Origin: Gammaproteobacteria bacterium
GTDB taxonomy: Bacteria > Pseudomonadota > Gammaproteobacteria > JABABF01
Direction: 5' to 3'
DNA length: 64,000 bases
Assembly: GCA_965237805.1 (NCBI GenBank)
Contig: OZ250153.1
Coordinates: forward strand, 96,001 to 160,000
Below, one piece after another: positions 18,916 through 29,658 of the stretch. The position numbers were made by a program, and so were the translations under genes. How positions within the stretch are numbered: the stretch's first letter is position 1; the number at the start of each line of letters is the position of its first letter. The notes beneath the pieces were generated by a model. That model searched no databases. It saw nothing but the letters and a program-made list of their open reading frames with translations, and was not told the DNA's origin.

Positions 18916-19542
18916 ATGCGAATTATTTGCCTCGATTTGGAAGGGGTTCTCGTCCCTGAGATCTGGCTTGGCCTCGCCGATGCCACTGGCATTGATGCGC
19001 TGCGCGCCACGACACGGGATATCGGTGACTACGACGAGCTGATGCGCATGCGCTTAGCTCTGCTGAAGCGGCATGGGCTCGGCTTGGTCGAGCTGCGGCG
19101 TGTCATCGATGGCTTGGCACCGCTACCCGGTGCCGCCGATTTTTTGCAACGCTTGCGCGACCGCTTTCAGCTGGCCATCCTGTCGGATACTTTCTATGAA
19201 TTCGCCGCGCCGCTGATGCGTCAACTCGGTCAACCGCTGTTGCTTTGCCACCATCTATCGGTGGATAGCGAAGATCGCATCCACGACTACAAGCTGCGCC
19301 AACCGCGTCCTAAATTTCATGCGGTGCGCTCCTTTCAGGCGATGAACTACAAGGTGTTGGCGGCAGGTGATTCACTGAACGACATCGACATGCTGGGCGC
19401 GGCCGACCGCGGTGCTTTTTTCCGTGCACCGCAGAGTGTGCGCTCTCTGCACCAGCAATTTCCGGCCACCGAGGAATACGACGAACTGTGGCGCTGGTTG
19501 TGTGAGAGCGATGCCGCGCTCGTCGCCGAGGAAGCGGCATGA
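18916..19542 (+). CDS. thrH: Phosphoserine phosphatase / homoserine phosphotransferase ThrH
   Basis: HAD motif CLDLEGVLVPEIW, ILSDTF, AAGDSLND; divergent from cysH as in Pseudomonas. Confidence 0.93.
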   Translation: MRIICLDLEGVLVPEIWLGLADATGIDALRATTRDIGDYDELMRMRLALLKRHGLGLVELRRVIDGLAPLPGAADFLQRLRDRFQLAILSDTFYEFAAPLMRQLGQPLLLCHHLSVDSEDRIHDYKLRQPRPKFHAVRSFQAMNYKVLAAGDSLNDIDMLGAADRGAFFRAPQSVRSLHQQFPATEEYDELWRWLCESDAALVAEEAA

Positions 19543-21191
19543 ACGAGCTCGCTCCATCGCTGGGTAATCCCTTGCGCACCTCGCAAGAGCGGGCGACAGA
19601 CGGTGGCTCCCGTTACCGCGAGCGCATCGAGCGCACTGCCGAGCTGCACCGGCGACCGCAGGCTGCGGGTCGCGTCAATGCTGTACGCCAGCACGCTAAA
19701 GGGCGGATGACGGTTTGGGAGCGTATCGAGCTGTTATCTGACAGTCCACCAGAAATTCTCCACCAAAACTGGGGCAAGCAATTGGATGGTGCCTCGTTGG
19801 TCACGGCGTTGATCGACATCAAGGGTCGCAAAGTCGCCGTTTACGGCCATGATTTCACAGTGCGCGCCGGCTCGATCGATGCCACCAATGGGGCCAAGCT
19901 GGTCGCTTTGATCGAATTGGCGTGCAAGTGGGGCATTCCTCTGATCGGGCTCAACGATAGTGCTGGTGCCTTTGTGCCGGCCGGTGTCGGCGGCCTCGAT
20001 GGCTACGCCCAAGTGTTCGCTGCGCTGCGCCGCGCCAGCGGCGTGGTGCCGAGCATTATGTGCATGTTCGGTTTCAATGCTGGTGGCGGCTCCTACCTGC
20101 CGCGCCAAGGCAGCTTCATGATTCAGCCGCAGAACACTTTCTTTGGTTTGACTGGGCCGGGGGTGGTGCAATCGGTGCTCGGCGAGCGCGTCAATGCCGA
20201 CGAGCTCGGCGGTCCGCAGGTGCACAGCCAGAGCGGGGTTGTCGATTTCGTTGTCGCCGATGAGGCGGCGGCTCTGGCCATGGCGCGCCAGTTGCTCGAC
20301 TATTTGCCGGACAACAACCATAGCGCCGCGCCGAAACTGGATTGTTCGGATCCGCCGCGGCGACACACCCAACAGATCGGCGCACTATTGCAGCGCACCA
20401 TCGATTCGCCGACCGGCTTCAACACGCCGCTGGACACCCATCTTGTACTCCAGGAATTGTGTGATCACGGCGACTATCTTGAGACCCAAGCGGGGCGTGC
20501 GCGCAATACCATCACGGCCTTGACCCGCATCGATGGTCATGTCGTCGGTGTGGTCGCCAACAACAGTGCCGTCGCTTCCGGCCAGATAGACATCAGCGCG
20601 GCCTATAAAAATGCGCGCTTCATCCGCTTTTGCAATCTGTACAACCTGCCGCTATTGTTCATTGAGGACACCACTGGCTTCCTGCCGGGGCAGGAACAGG
20701 AGAGAGGTGGGATCATCCAAGCTGGGCGCGCCATGCTGGACTCGATCATCGACCTGCGTACGCCGCGTATCCTCGTGCTGTTGCGCAATGCTTTTGGTGG
20801 TGCCTACGCCGCCTTCAACAACTATGCGGTCGGTGCCGATTTGGTGCTGGCGCTGCCGACGACACGGGTGGCGGTGATGGGGCCAGCCGGTGTGGACTTT
20901 GTCTATAAAAAGGCATTGCGAGCACTGGATGCCGACCCGCGTGGCAATGTCAATTCGGGCAGTGCTGCCGAACGTGCAGCAGCCGAGCAGTGGCGACGCA
21001 GCCAGCGTGCGGAGCTGGATCAGCGCTACGAGCGTGAGCTGATGAACCCCGATGAGGCGCTCAGCTTGGGTTCGATCTCGCGCTTGGTGATGCCCGAGTC
21101 TTTGCGCGCTGAGCTGAGCGAGTCTTTTGCGATGTTCCTGCAGCGCTATCGCCCGCAGGCGATGAGCTCCGTGCAGCGTGAATTTCACTGA
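19539..21191 (+). CDS. Acyl-CoA (probably propionyl-CoA) carboxylase carboxyltransferase subunit
   Basis: HDFTVRAGS, LTGPGVV, ELGG, DTTGFLPG..QE, GGAY, AVMGP. Confidence 0.9.
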   Translation: MNELAPSLGNPLRTSQERATDGGSRYRERIERTAELHRRPQAAGRVNAVRQHAKGRMTVWERIELLSDSPPEILHQNWGKQLDGASLVTALIDIKGRKVAVYGHDFTVRAGSIDATNGAKLVALIELACKWGIPLIGLNDSAGAFVPAGVGGLDGYAQVFAALRRASGVVPSIMCMFGFNAGGGSYLPRQGSFMIQPQNTFFGLTGPGVVQSVLGERVNADELGGPQVHSQSGVVDFVVADEAAALAMARQLLDYLPDNNHSAAPKLDCSDPPRRHTQQIGALLQRTIDSPTGFNTPLDTHLVLQELCDHGDYLETQAGRARNTITALTRIDGHVVGVVANNSAVASGQIDISAAYKNARFIRFCNLYNLPLLFIEDTTGFLPGQEQERGGIIQAGRAMLDSIIDLRTPRILVLLRNAFGGAYAAFNNYAVGADLVLALPTTRVAVMGPAGVDFVYKKALRALDADPRGNVNSGSAAERAAAEQWRRSQRAELDQRYERELMNPDEALSLGSISRLVMPESLRAELSESFAMFLQRYRPQAMSSVQREFH

Positions 21192-21204
21192 TAAGCGAGC
21201 GACC

Positions 21205-24060
21205 ATGTCCAGCGAGCGCACAGCGAGGCATTTTGTCAATCCATCGCCACTGAGCGAGGATCGGCGCCGCTTGCGTGCGGCCACGACCTGGGAGCGCCGC
21301 TTCGATTGCTCGGCGTTGCGACCGTTGATCATCTGCCGCGGTCCGATCCGTAAAGAGGCGATCGATGTGTTCCGTGAGATGGGCATGAGCCATATCGGCA
21401 TGTTGGTTTCCGAGCGCGACAGTATTGTTTTCGAAGGGGGGCGGGCACCGGAGCTGCGTCACTTGGATGCCGAGTGTGTTCATCCGGTGTCGGATTACAG
21501 CGGTGCAGATCTCGCCGAGCGTCGCGCTCGGATCGAAGAGATCATCGAGATTGCGCGGAACCACAACTACGACAGTATTTTTGCTGGCTACGGTTTTATG
21601 GCCGAAGACGCTGAGTTGGCTGCTGCGCTGGAACGTGCCGGGTTGATTTTCATCGGCCCATCGGCAAAAATTTCCCGCCGCGCTGGGCTCAAGGATGAGG
21701 CGAAGCGCACCGCACGTGCGGTCGATGTCAGCGTGACGCCGGGTGTCGACAACACGGCGCAGCTAAGTTTGCTGCGCAAATATCCGGACCGCAGCGCTCT
21801 GTGTGCGCTGGCGCGCAAGCACCGGTTCGATGTCGACACTGGCTCCGATAGCGATACTGCGACGCTGGCGCAACAGCTGTTGACGGCGGCGCTGGCGCGG
21901 GGCATCGCCCTGTTCAGTCTCAATGAGCTATGTGCGGAGGCAGAGCGCCAAGCGCGTGGGCTATTCGAACAGCACCCGACTTACCGCCTGCGGGTTAAAA
22001 CGGTGGGCGGCGGCGGCGGCAAGGGACAGCGTGTCTTAGACGCGCCGGGCACGGTCGCTCAAGCAGCTCGAGCTGCGGGCGCGGTGCCCGGCGCGGTGCG
22101 CGAGGTGTTGGCCGAGATGAAGGCGCTCGGCCCGGGTGACAATCGCAATGTCTTACTTGAGCTGAATATCGAAAATACGCGCCATGTGGAAATCCAGCTG
22201 ATTGGCAATGGCAGCTGGTGTGTTTCCTTGGGTGGTCGCGACTGCTCGATTCAGGCGCACGAACAAAAATTACTCGAGTTGTCGATGACGACCCAATCGT
22301 TGCAACGGGAGGCCGCTGCCGCTGCCGTTGCCGGTCGCAATGCCGAAGCTCGTAGCTTGCGGCGCGAGGGCGAGCTACTCGAGCAAATGGAAAATGAAGC
22401 GGTGCGTTTTGGTGCCGCTGTCGGCTTGGATTCGGTGTCGACTTTTGAGTGCATTGTCGATGCTAAAAATCACTTCTTCATGGAGATGAACACGCGCATT
22501 CAAGTCGAGCACCGCGTCACCGAATTGTGCTCTGCGCTGGAATTTTGCAATCCCCAAGACATCACAGAGTTCTTCCGTGTCAATTCCTTGGTCGAGGCGA
22601 TGGCTCTGTTGGCAGTACACGGCGATGCGCTGCCAGAGCCGCGCCGGGTATCGCGCGCGGATTGCGCCGTCGAAGTTCGCCTCAACGCCAGCAACGATGC
22701 ACTGGCACCTCATGCGGGCGGCATCATCGAGTCGTGGTCGCCGCTGGCACCGGGAGAAATCCGCGACGATCAAGGCATCTCGTTACCGAACCGTGATAGT
22801 GGGCATTTCGTGCGCTACCGTCTCAGTGGTGCCTACGATAGCAACATCGCCTTGTTGTTGTGCGAGGCTGATAATCGTCGGGCACTGTTGGAACGCATGG
22901 ATAGCATCCTCGGGCGGATGGAGTTAGGCGGCATGGATCTCGCCACCAATCTGGATTTCCACCGCGGATTAATCGCTTGGCTGTTGGGGCAAAATCCCAA
23001 TGCGCGTCCCGGCAATGGCTTCGTGCAGCCGTGGTTGGCGGCGGTGGGCGAGCTGTGTCAAGCAGCCGCACTGATCGATTTGGATCATGCCTGGCAGCTG
23101 TTGCGCGCAGCGCGCGTGGAGGCGGCACCAGCCGCGTTGCGCGAGGCGTGGGAGGCCAGCTTGGACGCCAAGAAGATTCTGTTATTGCGTGCGCTGGACA
23201 CACTCTTCGCGCGCCCGCATCTGTTGGCCGGCTGGCTGGGGCGCTCGCAACAGGCTTTGCACCGTCGCGGTGGGCGGGCGGTGGAATTGCACAATCCGCT
23301 GAGTCAGCTGAGTGGGCTGTACCGGCATCTGGATCTGGCACCGCATCCCAAACGGCCAGCTTCGGATCAAATTTGGGATCATGACCAGCAGCTGCTAGAC
23401 GAGGGTTTGGAGTTTTATCGCGATGTGGCGCAACGCCTGCACGGCAGTGGTGCGGATGCGGTGCCCTATGCGGAGCTGGCCGCTCAGCTGGTTGCCGATG
23501 CAGCGCCCAAGCGCATTGCCCGCAGCCTGTGGCGCGAGCTGCGAGCTGCGCATTTGGGCTACCAGTGCGGCATGGAATTGTTGCACTTGCCGTCGGCGAT
23601 CGGGCGCAGTGTGGGTTTTTACCGCATGCGCTGCCGAGCCGATCTCAGCATCGCTTTGCCGTCCAAGTGGTTGGATGCCGAGCTGCAGGCTCAGATGCGA
23701 CGCGTGCTGGCACCGCCGCCGACCCAGAGCGGTGATGAGATATTGGCTGAGAGCGGTGGCAGCTTCTATTGCCGAGAGGCACCGGATCGCCCGCCCTTTA
23801 TCGAGCCGGGGCAGCACTTTGAGAGCGGCGACACACTGTGTATTATCGAGGTGATGAAAATGTTCAATAAAATGCGTGCGCCTTTTGCCGGCACGGTGCG
23901 CGAGCTGTTGCTGAGCGAAGACGGTAGCGTTGTGCGAAAGGGGCAGCCGCTGTTCAGCGTGCAACCCGATGAGCGCGTCGTGGTGGAGGATCCACGTGCC
24001 AAGCAACAGCTGCGATATGCGCGAACCGAGCGTTTGATGCGCCGGGCGGTATTGTCCTGA
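21205..24060 (+). CDS. Acyl-CoA carboxylase alpha subunit (biotin carboxylase plus BCCP, unusually long)
   Basis: AGYGFMAE, GGGGKG, RHVEIQ, RDCSIQ, FMEMNTRIQVEH, biotinylation motif EVMKM. Confidence 0.9.
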   Translation: MSSERTARHFVNPSPLSEDRRRLRAATTWERRFDCSALRPLIICRGPIRKEAIDVFREMGMSHIGMLVSERDSIVFEGGRAPELRHLDAECVHPVSDYSGADLAERRARIEEIIEIARNHNYDSIFAGYGFMAEDAELAAALERAGLIFIGPSAKISRRAGLKDEAKRTARAVDVSVTPGVDNTAQLSLLRKYPDRSALCALARKHRFDVDTGSDSDTATLAQQLLTAALARGIALFSLNELCAEAERQARGLFEQHPTYRLRVKTVGGGGGKGQRVLDAPGTVAQAARAAGAVPGAVREVLAEMKALGPGDNRNVLLELNIENTRHVEIQLIGNGSWCVSLGGRDCSIQAHEQKLLELSMTTQSLQREAAAAAVAGRNAEARSLRREGELLEQMENEAVRFGAAVGLDSVSTFECIVDAKNHFFMEMNTRIQVEHRVTELCSALEFCNPQDITEFFRVNSLVEAMALLAVHGDALPEPRRVSRADCAVEVRLNASNDALAPHAGGIIESWSPLAPGEIRDDQGISLPNRDSGHFVRYRLSGAYDSNIALLLCEADNRRALLERMDSILGRMELGGMDLATNLDFHRGLIAWLLGQNPNARPGNGFVQPWLAAVGELCQAAALIDLDHAWQLLRAARVEAAPAALREAWEASLDAKKILLLRALDTLFARPHLLAGWLGRSQQALHRRGGRAVELHNPLSQLSGLYRHLDLAPHPKRPASDQIWDHDQQLLDEGLEFYRDVAQRLHGSGADAVPYAELAAQLVADAAPKRIARSLWRELRAAHLGYQCGMELLHLPSAIGRSVGFYRMRCRADLSIALPSKWLDAELQAQMRRVLAPPPTQSGDEILAESGGSFYCREAPDRPPFIEPGQHFESGDTLCIIEVMKMFNKMRAPFAGTVRELLLSEDGSVVRKGQPLFSVQPDERVVVEDPRAKQQLRYARTERLMRRAVLS

Positions 24061-24488
24061 TGATCAAGGGCATGGCGCATTTGGCTATCGCGGTGCCAGA
24101 GTTGGAGCGCGCCATCCGCCGTTTCAGCGAAGACTTTGGCTTGGTATTCAGCGGTCGCGAAGATGTGCCATCGGCGCAGACTACGACCGCTTTTTTCTCT
24201 TTGCCACAGACCAGCATCGAATTGGTGCACCCGTTGGAAGATCGCGGGCCGATACGCAAATACCTCGACCGCCAAGGCCGCGGCGGCCTGCACCATATCT
24301 GCTTTGAGAGCGACGATCTCGCGGCAGATGTGAAGCGCCTGCGCGATTTGGGCTATGAGTTTCTCAGCGACGAGATCCAAGCGGGGGCTCATGGTAGCAG
24401 TGTTATTTTCATCCACCCGCGCAGCTGCGACGGTGTATTGATCGAGTTGAGCCAGCCGGCTGCCGAGGGGGATACTGGGCATGGCTGA
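24060..24488 (+). CDS. mce: Methylmalonyl-CoA epimerase
   Basis: VOC fold HLAIAV, GLHHICF, FIHPR..GVLIEL; adjacent to the mutase. Confidence 0.93.
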   Translation: MIKGMAHLAIAVPELERAIRRFSEDFGLVFSGREDVPSAQTTTAFFSLPQTSIELVHPLEDRGPIRKYLDRQGRGGLHHICFESDDLAADVKRLRDLGYEFLSDEIQAGAHGSSVIFIHPRSCDGVLIELSQPAAEGDTGHG

Positions 24489-26655
24489 GACGGGCTACCG
24501 TCCGCCCGCCGCCAGTCACGACGACTGGGAGCAGCTGGCCCGGCGCGAATGCAAAGGCGAATCTCCGGACACGCTGGCGCGGGAAATCAGTGAGGAGATC
24601 AAGCTGCGCGCGCTCTACACCCACGCGGACATTGAAGACTTGTCCACCGTCGACACCATGCCAGGTTGCGAGCCTTTTCTGCGCGGCCCCAGGGCCACCA
24701 TGTATGCGCGGCGACCGTGGACTATTCGCCAGTACGCTGGCTTTTCCACCGCCGAAGAATCCAATGCCTTCTACCGACAGAGCTTGGCCGCGGGCGGGCA
24801 GGGCATTTCGGTTGCCTTTGACCTCGCCACCCATCGCGGCTATGACTCCGATCATCCGCGCGTTGCTGGTGATGTCGGCAATGCTGGCGTCGCTGTAGAC
24901 AGCGTCGAGGATATGAAGCGCCTATTCGACGGTATCCCCTTGGATGAAGTGTCGGTGTCGATGACGATGAACGGTGCCGTCTTGCCGGTGATGGCTGGTT
25001 ATATCGTCGCCGCCGAGGAGCAGGGGGTGGAGCAAGCCCAGCTGTCCGGCACCATCCAAAACGATGTGCTGAAGGAATTCATGGTGCGCAACACCTACAT
25101 TTATCCTCCCGATCCATCGATGAGAATCGTCGGCGATATGGTGAGTTACACAGCGCAACATATGCCGAAATTCAACTCCATTTCGATCTCTGGATATCAT
25201 CTCCAAGAAGCGGGTGCCGACCCCGCCCTCGAGCTGGCCTATACCTTGGCGGATGGCAAGGAATATATTCGTACCGCGCTAGCCACCGGCCTCGACATTG
25301 ATCAATTTGCGCCGCGGCTGTCATTCTTTTTTGGCATCGGCATGAATTTCTATCTGGAGATCGCCAAACTGCGTGCGGCTCGGCTGCTGTGGGCGCGTAT
25401 CGTCGACGAGTTCAAACCGAAGTTGGCGCGCTCCAAAATGCTGCGCACCCACTGCCAGACTTCGGGTTGGTCACTGACCGAGCAGCAGCCGTTGAACAAT
25501 GTGGTGCGCACCACGATCGAAGCCATGGCTGCGGTCTTTGGCGGCACCCAGTCGCTACATACCAACGCGCTGGACGAGGCGGTGGCGCTGCCGACCGAAG
25601 AGTCGGCGCGAGTCGCCCGCAATACCCAATTGATCCTGCAGGAAGAGAGCGGCATCAGCGGGGTCGTCGATCCGTGGGGTGGCTCCTATATGATGGAATC
25701 ACTGACCCACAGTTTGTCTGAGCGCGTCTGGCAGCTGATCAGCGAGGTCGAAGAAGCTGGCGGGATGGCCAAAGTGATCGGCAGTGGTGAGCCCAAACGT
25801 CGCATCGAGGCCGTGGCAGCGCGGCGTCAAGCGCGCATCGACCGCTGCGAGGAAGTGGTGGTCGGCGTCAACCGCTATGTTTTGGACACCAGCTCGCAAG
25901 AATCGGAGATCGAAGTGCGAGAAGTGGACAATCGGGCGGTGCGCGAGCTACAAGTGCAACGCTTGGTCGAGCTGCGCGCAGCCCGCGATGAAGCCGCTGT
26001 ACAAGCCGCTTTGGAGGCGTTGGAGCGCGCAGCCCGCGATGACGATGACGGTGCTAATCTGCTCGAGTTGTCGGTGGCGGCAACTAGGCTGCGAGCCACT
26101 GTCGGCGAGATCAGCGAGGTGCTGGAGCGGGTGTGGGGACGTCATGACGGCGCGGTCAGCTTGGTGTCTGGTGTCTATGGTGGCGGGCGGCAACAGGATG
26201 GAGAATGGCATGAGATGACGGGCGAGGTGCAGGAATTTGAGCGGCGATACGGGCGCCGCCCGCGCATGCTGGTGGCGAAAATGGGGCAGGACGGACACGA
26301 TCGTGGTGCCCGCGTGATCGCCAGCGCCTTCGCCGATCTGGGTTTTGATATCGACCTCTCGCCGATGTTCGCCACACCGGCAGAAGTGGCGCGCCAAGCC
26401 TTGGAAAACGATGTCCACGCTGTCGGCATTTCCTCGCAGGCGGCGGGACATAAAACTTTGGTGCCCGAGCTGATCGCCCAGCTTAAAGCGCAGGGTACCG
26501 GGGACATCACCATCATCGTCGGCGGGGTGATCCCGCGACCGGACTACGACTTCCTGCGCCGCGCTGGTGTGGCGGCGATTTTCGGGCCCGGTACGCCGAT
26601 TCCCAGCGCGGCGCGCGAAGTGTTACAAGCGATTCGCGCCGCGCTGCCCGGCTGA
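24481..26655 (+). CDS. scpA: Methylmalonyl-CoA mutase (B12-dependent)
   Basis: [34 protein letters not shown]12-binding DGHDRG. Confidence 0.96.
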   Translation: MAETGYRPPAASHDDWEQLARRECKGESPDTLAREISEEIKLRALYTHADIEDLSTVDTMPGCEPFLRGPRATMYARRPWTIRQYAGFSTAEESNAFYRQSLAAGGQGISVAFDLATHRGYDSDHPRVAGDVGNAGVAVDSVEDMKRLFDGIPLDEVSVSMTMNGAVLPVMAGYIVAAEEQGVEQAQLSGTIQNDVLKEFMVRNTYIYPPDPSMRIVGDMVSYTAQHMPKFNSISISGYHLQEAGADPALELAYTLADGKEYIRTALATGLDIDQFAPRLSFFFGIGMNFYLEIAKLRAARLLWARIVDEFKPKLARSKMLRTHCQTSGWSLTEQQPLNNVVRTTIEAMAAVFGGTQSLHTNALDEAVALPTEESARVARNTQLILQEESGISGVVDPWGGSYMMESLTHSLSERVWQLISEVEEAGGMAKVIGSGEPKRRIEAVAARRQARIDRCEEVVVGVNRYVLDTSSQESEIEVREVDNRAVRELQVQRLVELRAARDEAAVQAALEALERAARDDDDGANLLELSVAATRLRATVGEISEVLERVWGRHDGAVSLVSGVYGGGRQQDGEWHEMTGEVQEFERRYGRRPRMLVAKMGQDGHDRGARVIASAFADLGFDIDLSPMFATPAEVARQALENDVHAVGISSQAAGHKTLVPELIAQLKAQGTGDITIIVGGVIPRPDYDFLRRAGVAAIFGPGTPIPSAAREVLQAIRAALPG

Positions 26656-26680
26656 GCTGCCAGCGGCAACGGGGCGGACC

Positions 26681-27649
26681 GTGGAATACCCCGAACTGTT
26701 GCGGAGTTTGCGCGACGGTGATCGGCGTGCGCTGGCCAAGGCGATCACCTTGGTCGAAAGCAATCGCACAGCGGATCGGGAGCAGAGCCGTCGCCTGATC
26801 GGCGAGCTGGGCGAAGCTGCTGGGCAGAGCCTGCGCGTGGGTATCAGCGGGCCGCCCGGTGTCGGCAAATCCACTGTCATCGATGCCCTTGGGCAATTGC
26901 TCTTGGCACGTGGACAGCGCGTGGCGGTGTTGGCCGTCGATCCCAGCTCGCCGGTTGGCGGTGGCAGTATTTTGGGGGATAAGACGCGTATGGCCAGCCT
27001 CGCCCGCGATCAGCGGGCATTCATTCGCCCCTCGCCATCCGGCGGCGCACTCGGCGGTGTGGCTTATCGCAGTCGGGAGACATTGCTGTTGTGCGAGGCG
27101 GCGGGCTATGACATCACTTTGATCGAGACGGTCGGCGTCGGCCAGTCAGAGCACGAAGTGGCGCGGATGGTGGATTTCTTTTTGCTGTTATTACAGCCCG
27201 GTGCTGGCGATAGTCTGCAGGGCATCAAGCGTGGGATCGTCGAGTTGGCCGACGGCGTAGCGGTCAACAAATGTGATGGCGAGCAGGCGGCACCGGCGCG
27301 GCGCACGCGCGAAGAATACGCTGGGGCGCTGCGTTTGTTCCACGGCGATGTCGATGAGGCACCAGCAGTGCTGTGTTGCTCTGCCGCCAGCGGGGAGGGT
27401 ATGGCGGAGTTGTGGGAGATGATCAGCGTGCATTGCGAGGCGGCGCGTGCCAGCGGTGTCTTGCAAAGCCGGCGCACGGCGCAGCGTCGCGCTTGGTTCA
27501 GGCAGCTGCTGCAGGAACTGCTGGCGAGCGAGTTGCGCGATGAGCCGGTGGCGGCACAGTTGGAGCGCGAGGTCGCTGCCGGAGAGACGGCACCGGCCGA
27601 AGCCGCCGAGCGTTTTCTGGCGGTGTGGCGGGGTCGCTCTTCGCGCTGA
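26681..27649 (+). CDS. meaB: Methylmalonyl-CoA mutase-associated GTPase
   Basis: GPPGVGKST, AVDPSS..GGSILGDKTRM, ETVGVGQSE. Confidence 0.94.
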   Translation: MEYPELLRSLRDGDRRALAKAITLVESNRTADREQSRRLIGELGEAAGQSLRVGISGPPGVGKSTVIDALGQLLLARGQRVAVLAVDPSSPVGGGSILGDKTRMASLARDQRAFIRPSPSGGALGGVAYRSRETLLLCEAAGYDITLIETVGVGQSEHEVARMVDFFLLLLQPGAGDSLQGIKRGIVELADGVAVNKCDGEQAAPARRTREEYAGALRLFHGDVDEAPAVLCCSAASGEGMAELWEMISVHCEAARASGVLQSRRTAQRRAWFRQLLQELLASELRDEPVAAQLEREVAAGETAPAEAAERFLAVWRGRSSR

Positions 27650-27652
27650 AAT

Positions 27653-29056
27653 CTAGCGCGGTCGGCGCGACGCTTGCCGCGCCAATTTTGGTGCCAAGCC
27701 GATATAAGTTGCCGGGCTGAGTGCCAGCAAGCGCTGGCGCGCATCCGCTGGCAAATCCAAGCTGCGCACAAACTCGCGCAAGGCCTCGGCGCTGAGTCGA
27801 CGCCCCTGAGAAAAATTGCGCAGGCGCTCGTAGGCGTCCGGCTGCCCAGCCAGCCGGAGCACGCTCTGCACCGCTTCGGTCAACACCTCCCAGTGCTGTT
27901 CCAATTCTTCGCGCATCTGTTGCGGGGCCGCTTCCAAGCGCGCCAAGCCGCGCTGCGTCGAGCGCCAAGCGAGTAGCGAGTGTCCGAGGGCGACTCCGAT
28001 ATTGCGCATCACCGTCGAGTCGCTGAGGTCGCGCTGTAAGCGCGACACCGGCAACTTGTCGGCAAAGTGCCTGAACAGGGCATTGGCCAGTCCGAGATTG
28101 CCCTCGGCATTTTCAAAATCGATGGGATTGAGCTTGTGCGGCATGGTCGACGAGCCGACCTCGTCGGGCGCTGTGCGCAAGCGGAAATAATCGTGCGAGA
28201 TATAACTCCACAGATCGCGGCAACAGTCGAGCAACACGGTGTTGAGACGCGCCGTCGTATCGCAGAATTCGATCAGCTGGTCGTGGTTCTCGATCTGGGT
28301 GCTGTAGGGGTTCCACGCCAGCTGCAGCCGCTCGCTGACGAAGCTGCGCGACACCGCTGGCCAGTCCAGTTCGGGGCAGGCGATCATGTGGGCGTTGTAA
28401 TTGCCAACTGCGCCATTCATCTTGCCAGACAGTGTTTGCTGTTCCAGCTGGCGGCGTTGTCGCTCTAAGCGCACGACAAAGTTGGCCAGTTCCTTGCCCA
28501 TCGTCGTCGGGCTTGCCGCCTGGCCATGGGTGCGCGAGAGCATCGGTAGTGCCGCCGTCTCGCGCGCCAGTGTACGCAAGGCTTCGAGCAGCTCCGCCAG
28601 CGCTGGCAGCAAGACACTGCGCCGTCCCTCGGCCAGCATTAGCATCCACGACAGATTGTTGATGTCTTCCGAGGTGCAGCCAAAATGCACTAGTGGCACC
28701 AGCGGCGCGGCGCCGTTGATGGCCTCCAAGCGGCTGCGCAGAAACAGTTCCACCGCCTTGACATCGTGCTTCACCCGGCGCTCGATCGCTTTGATCTCGT
28801 GCGCCTCCTCGTCACCGAAGCGATCGGTCAGCGCTGTCAGCTGCCCTTGGATCGCCGGGCTCAGGCTGGGGGCGTCAGGCAGCCGGCTCTGCAGATGTAA
28901 CAGCCATTGAATCTCCACATGCACACGCTGGCGCATCAGAGCGGTCTCGTTGAACAGTGCCCGCCAATCGGCCAGCGCGGAGCTGTAGCGACCGTCCAGC
29001 GGTGACAGCGCGTCCATGGCCTTTACTGCACCGTTACTGTCAATTGGCTCAGCCAC
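27653..29056 (-). CDS. purB: Adenylosuccinate lyase
   Basis: SPLDGRY, HDVKAVE, TSEDINN, GSSTMPHKLNPIDFENAEGN; start GTG 29056 or ATG 29017. Confidence 0.96.
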   Translation of the reverse strand: MAEPIDSNGAVKAMDALSPLDGRYSSALADWRALFNETALMRQRVHVEIQWLLHLQSRLPDAPSLSPAIQGQLTALTDRFGDEEAHEIKAIERRVKHDVKAVELFLRSRLEAINGAAPLVPLVHFGCTSEDINNLSWMLMLAEGRRSVLLPALAELLEALRTLARETAALPMLSRTHGQAASPTTMGKELANFVVRLERQRRQLEQQTLSGKMNGAVGNYNAHMIACPELDWPAVSRSFVSERLQLAWNPYSTQIENHDQLIEFCDTTARLNTVLLDCCRDLWSYISHDYFRLRTAPDEVGSSTMPHKLNPIDFENAEGNLGLANALFRHFADKLPVSRLQRDLSDSTVMRNIGVALGHSLLAWRSTQRGLARLEAAPQQMREELEQHWEVLTEAVQSVLRLAGQPDAYERLRNFSQGRRLSAEALREFVRSLDLPADARQRLLALSPATYIGLAPKLARQASRRPR

Positions 29057-29658
29057 GAACGCACCTCTCGGTGTAGCCGTCGCTGGAACAGCAGCTGCAC
29101 GAGGTGGCCGTCCAACTGACGCCACAATAGTGCGCTGCGCAGACCGGCCAGCAGGGCGACGCGGATGCGCGCCACCACCGTTGGCTGCGCCAGTTGCTCC
29201 GGATCGCCGCGCAGGCGGATGCGGAAGTCCAGTGTACTGATCGTGCGCTGGTAAATTTGGTCGATGTTGCGACAGCGCTCGGCCACGGCAGCGGTGCCGC
29301 TGTGGTCGCGGCTCGCCTCTTGTTGGAGGCCATACTGCAGCTCGTCAAACAGGGTGCTCTGTTGTGCAAGTCGCTGTTCTAAGAGCATCAGCTGGCGGGC
29401 GTAGCGCAATGGCACGGCGTGCGCGGCCAAGCCTTCGCTGAGCATCTGGTCCATCAGCTGCAGCCCGCAACGCACGCCGGCAACGCCGTTGTAGATCTCT
29501 TCAGTGCGGCGGGGATCGAAGACGAATAGGCTGGCCAGCAGGGCACCGAAGTCGTCGCTGTCGCTGTGTCCGGTGCAGGCCAGCTGGTTGGCCAACAGGG
29601 CGGACTGTAACAGGCCAGCCAGCGCCAGCGTACGATCGCGCCATAAATCACTCATCAT
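29023..29658 (-). CDS. hflD: High frequency lysogenization protein HflD
   Basis: TLALAG, YQRTISTL..RI, RVALLAGLRSALLWRQL; located between mnmA and purB. Confidence 0.93.
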   Translation of the reverse strand: MMSDLWRDRTLALAGLLQSALLANQLACTGHSDSDDFGALLASLFVFDPRRTEEIYNGVAGVRCGLQLMDQMLSEGLAAHAVPLRYARQLMLLEQRLAQQSTLFDELQYGLQQEASRDHSGTAAVAERCRNIDQIYQRTISTLDFRIRLRGDPEQLAQPTVVARIRVALLAGLRSALLWRQLDGHLVQLLFQRRLHREVRSWLSQLTVTVQ

